From: Paraspadella gotoi
Lineage: Eukaryota > Animalia > Chaetognatha
Assembly (NCBI GenBank): GCA_051294375.1
Contig: CM119264.1
Coordinates: 12,278,263-12,342,262, forward strand
DNA: 64,000 nt
Direction: 5' to 3'
Made by a program: the position numbers and the translations under genes. Below, piece after piece: positions 63,659 through 64,000 of this stretch; position 1 is the stretch's first letter; each line of letters begins with the position of its first letter. The notes under the pieces were generated by a model. The model was not told the origin of the DNA. It did not search any database and was given only the letters and a program-made list of their open reading frames with translations.

Positions 63659-64000
63659 ATGCAAATTACGTTAAAAACCCTACAACAAAACACTTTTAAA
63701 GTGGACATCGACGCGGGGGAGACGGTCATGGCTCTCAAGAAGCGAATCGAGGCGGAAAAGGGCGTCGACGCCTTTCCCGCCGATGCCCAGAAACTAATCT
63801 ATGCTGGGAAGATATTGGCAGACGAGAATACCGTCGCCAGTTACAAGATCGAGGAGAGCAACTTCGTGGTAGTGATGGTAAGCAAGCCCAAGGCAAAACC
63901 CGCTGCTGCCGCAGCCGCTAGCCCTGCTAGCGCCACCACCGCCTCTAACGAACCGGTGCCGACCCCTGTGGCCACTGAGTCTGCGCCTGTCGCCGCCGCC
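63659..64000 (+). CDS. RAD23: UV excision repair protein RAD23, 5' part (UbL domain plus Ala/Pro/Thr linker), truncated by the window end
   Basis: [55 protein letters not shown]...[17 protein letters not shown]. Confidence 0.97.
   Translation, partial: MQITLKTLQQNTFKVDIDAGETVMALKKRIEAEKGVDAFPADAQKLIYAGKILADENTVASYKIEESNFVVVMVSKPKAKPAAAAAASPASATTASNEPVPTPVATESAPVAAA

Overview
This is a gene-dense window of an animal (metazoan invertebrate) genome; the species cannot be identified from the sequence. It has short AT-rich spliceosomal introns, CpG-rich exons, many (CT/GA)n microsatellites and two 10-N scaffold gaps flanked by duplicated sequence. Manual splicing gives, in order: a 5'-truncated pannexin/innexin gene followed by three small exons encoding a TDP-43-N-terminal-like domain (possibly a fusion); an EML/HELP-WD40 gene; an intron-containing, bacterial Tmm-type flavin monooxygenase; a large Ser-rich/coiled-coil protein gene; a GT14 GCNT gene head-to-head with an SPMIP1-like gene; a tight co-oriented trio of dihydropyrimidinase/CRMP, HORMAD and MEIOB; SIAH; and the 5' end of RAD23. 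The most notable observations are the channel plus TDP-43-NTD-like architecture, a miniature LTR element (TRIM) whose LTRs carry a tRNA-like sequence, a pair of mutually exclusive 121-nt exons switching DHP to CRMP, and a possible meiotic operon. Family assignments come from recalled motifs, not database searches, and exon boundaries are manual predictions.
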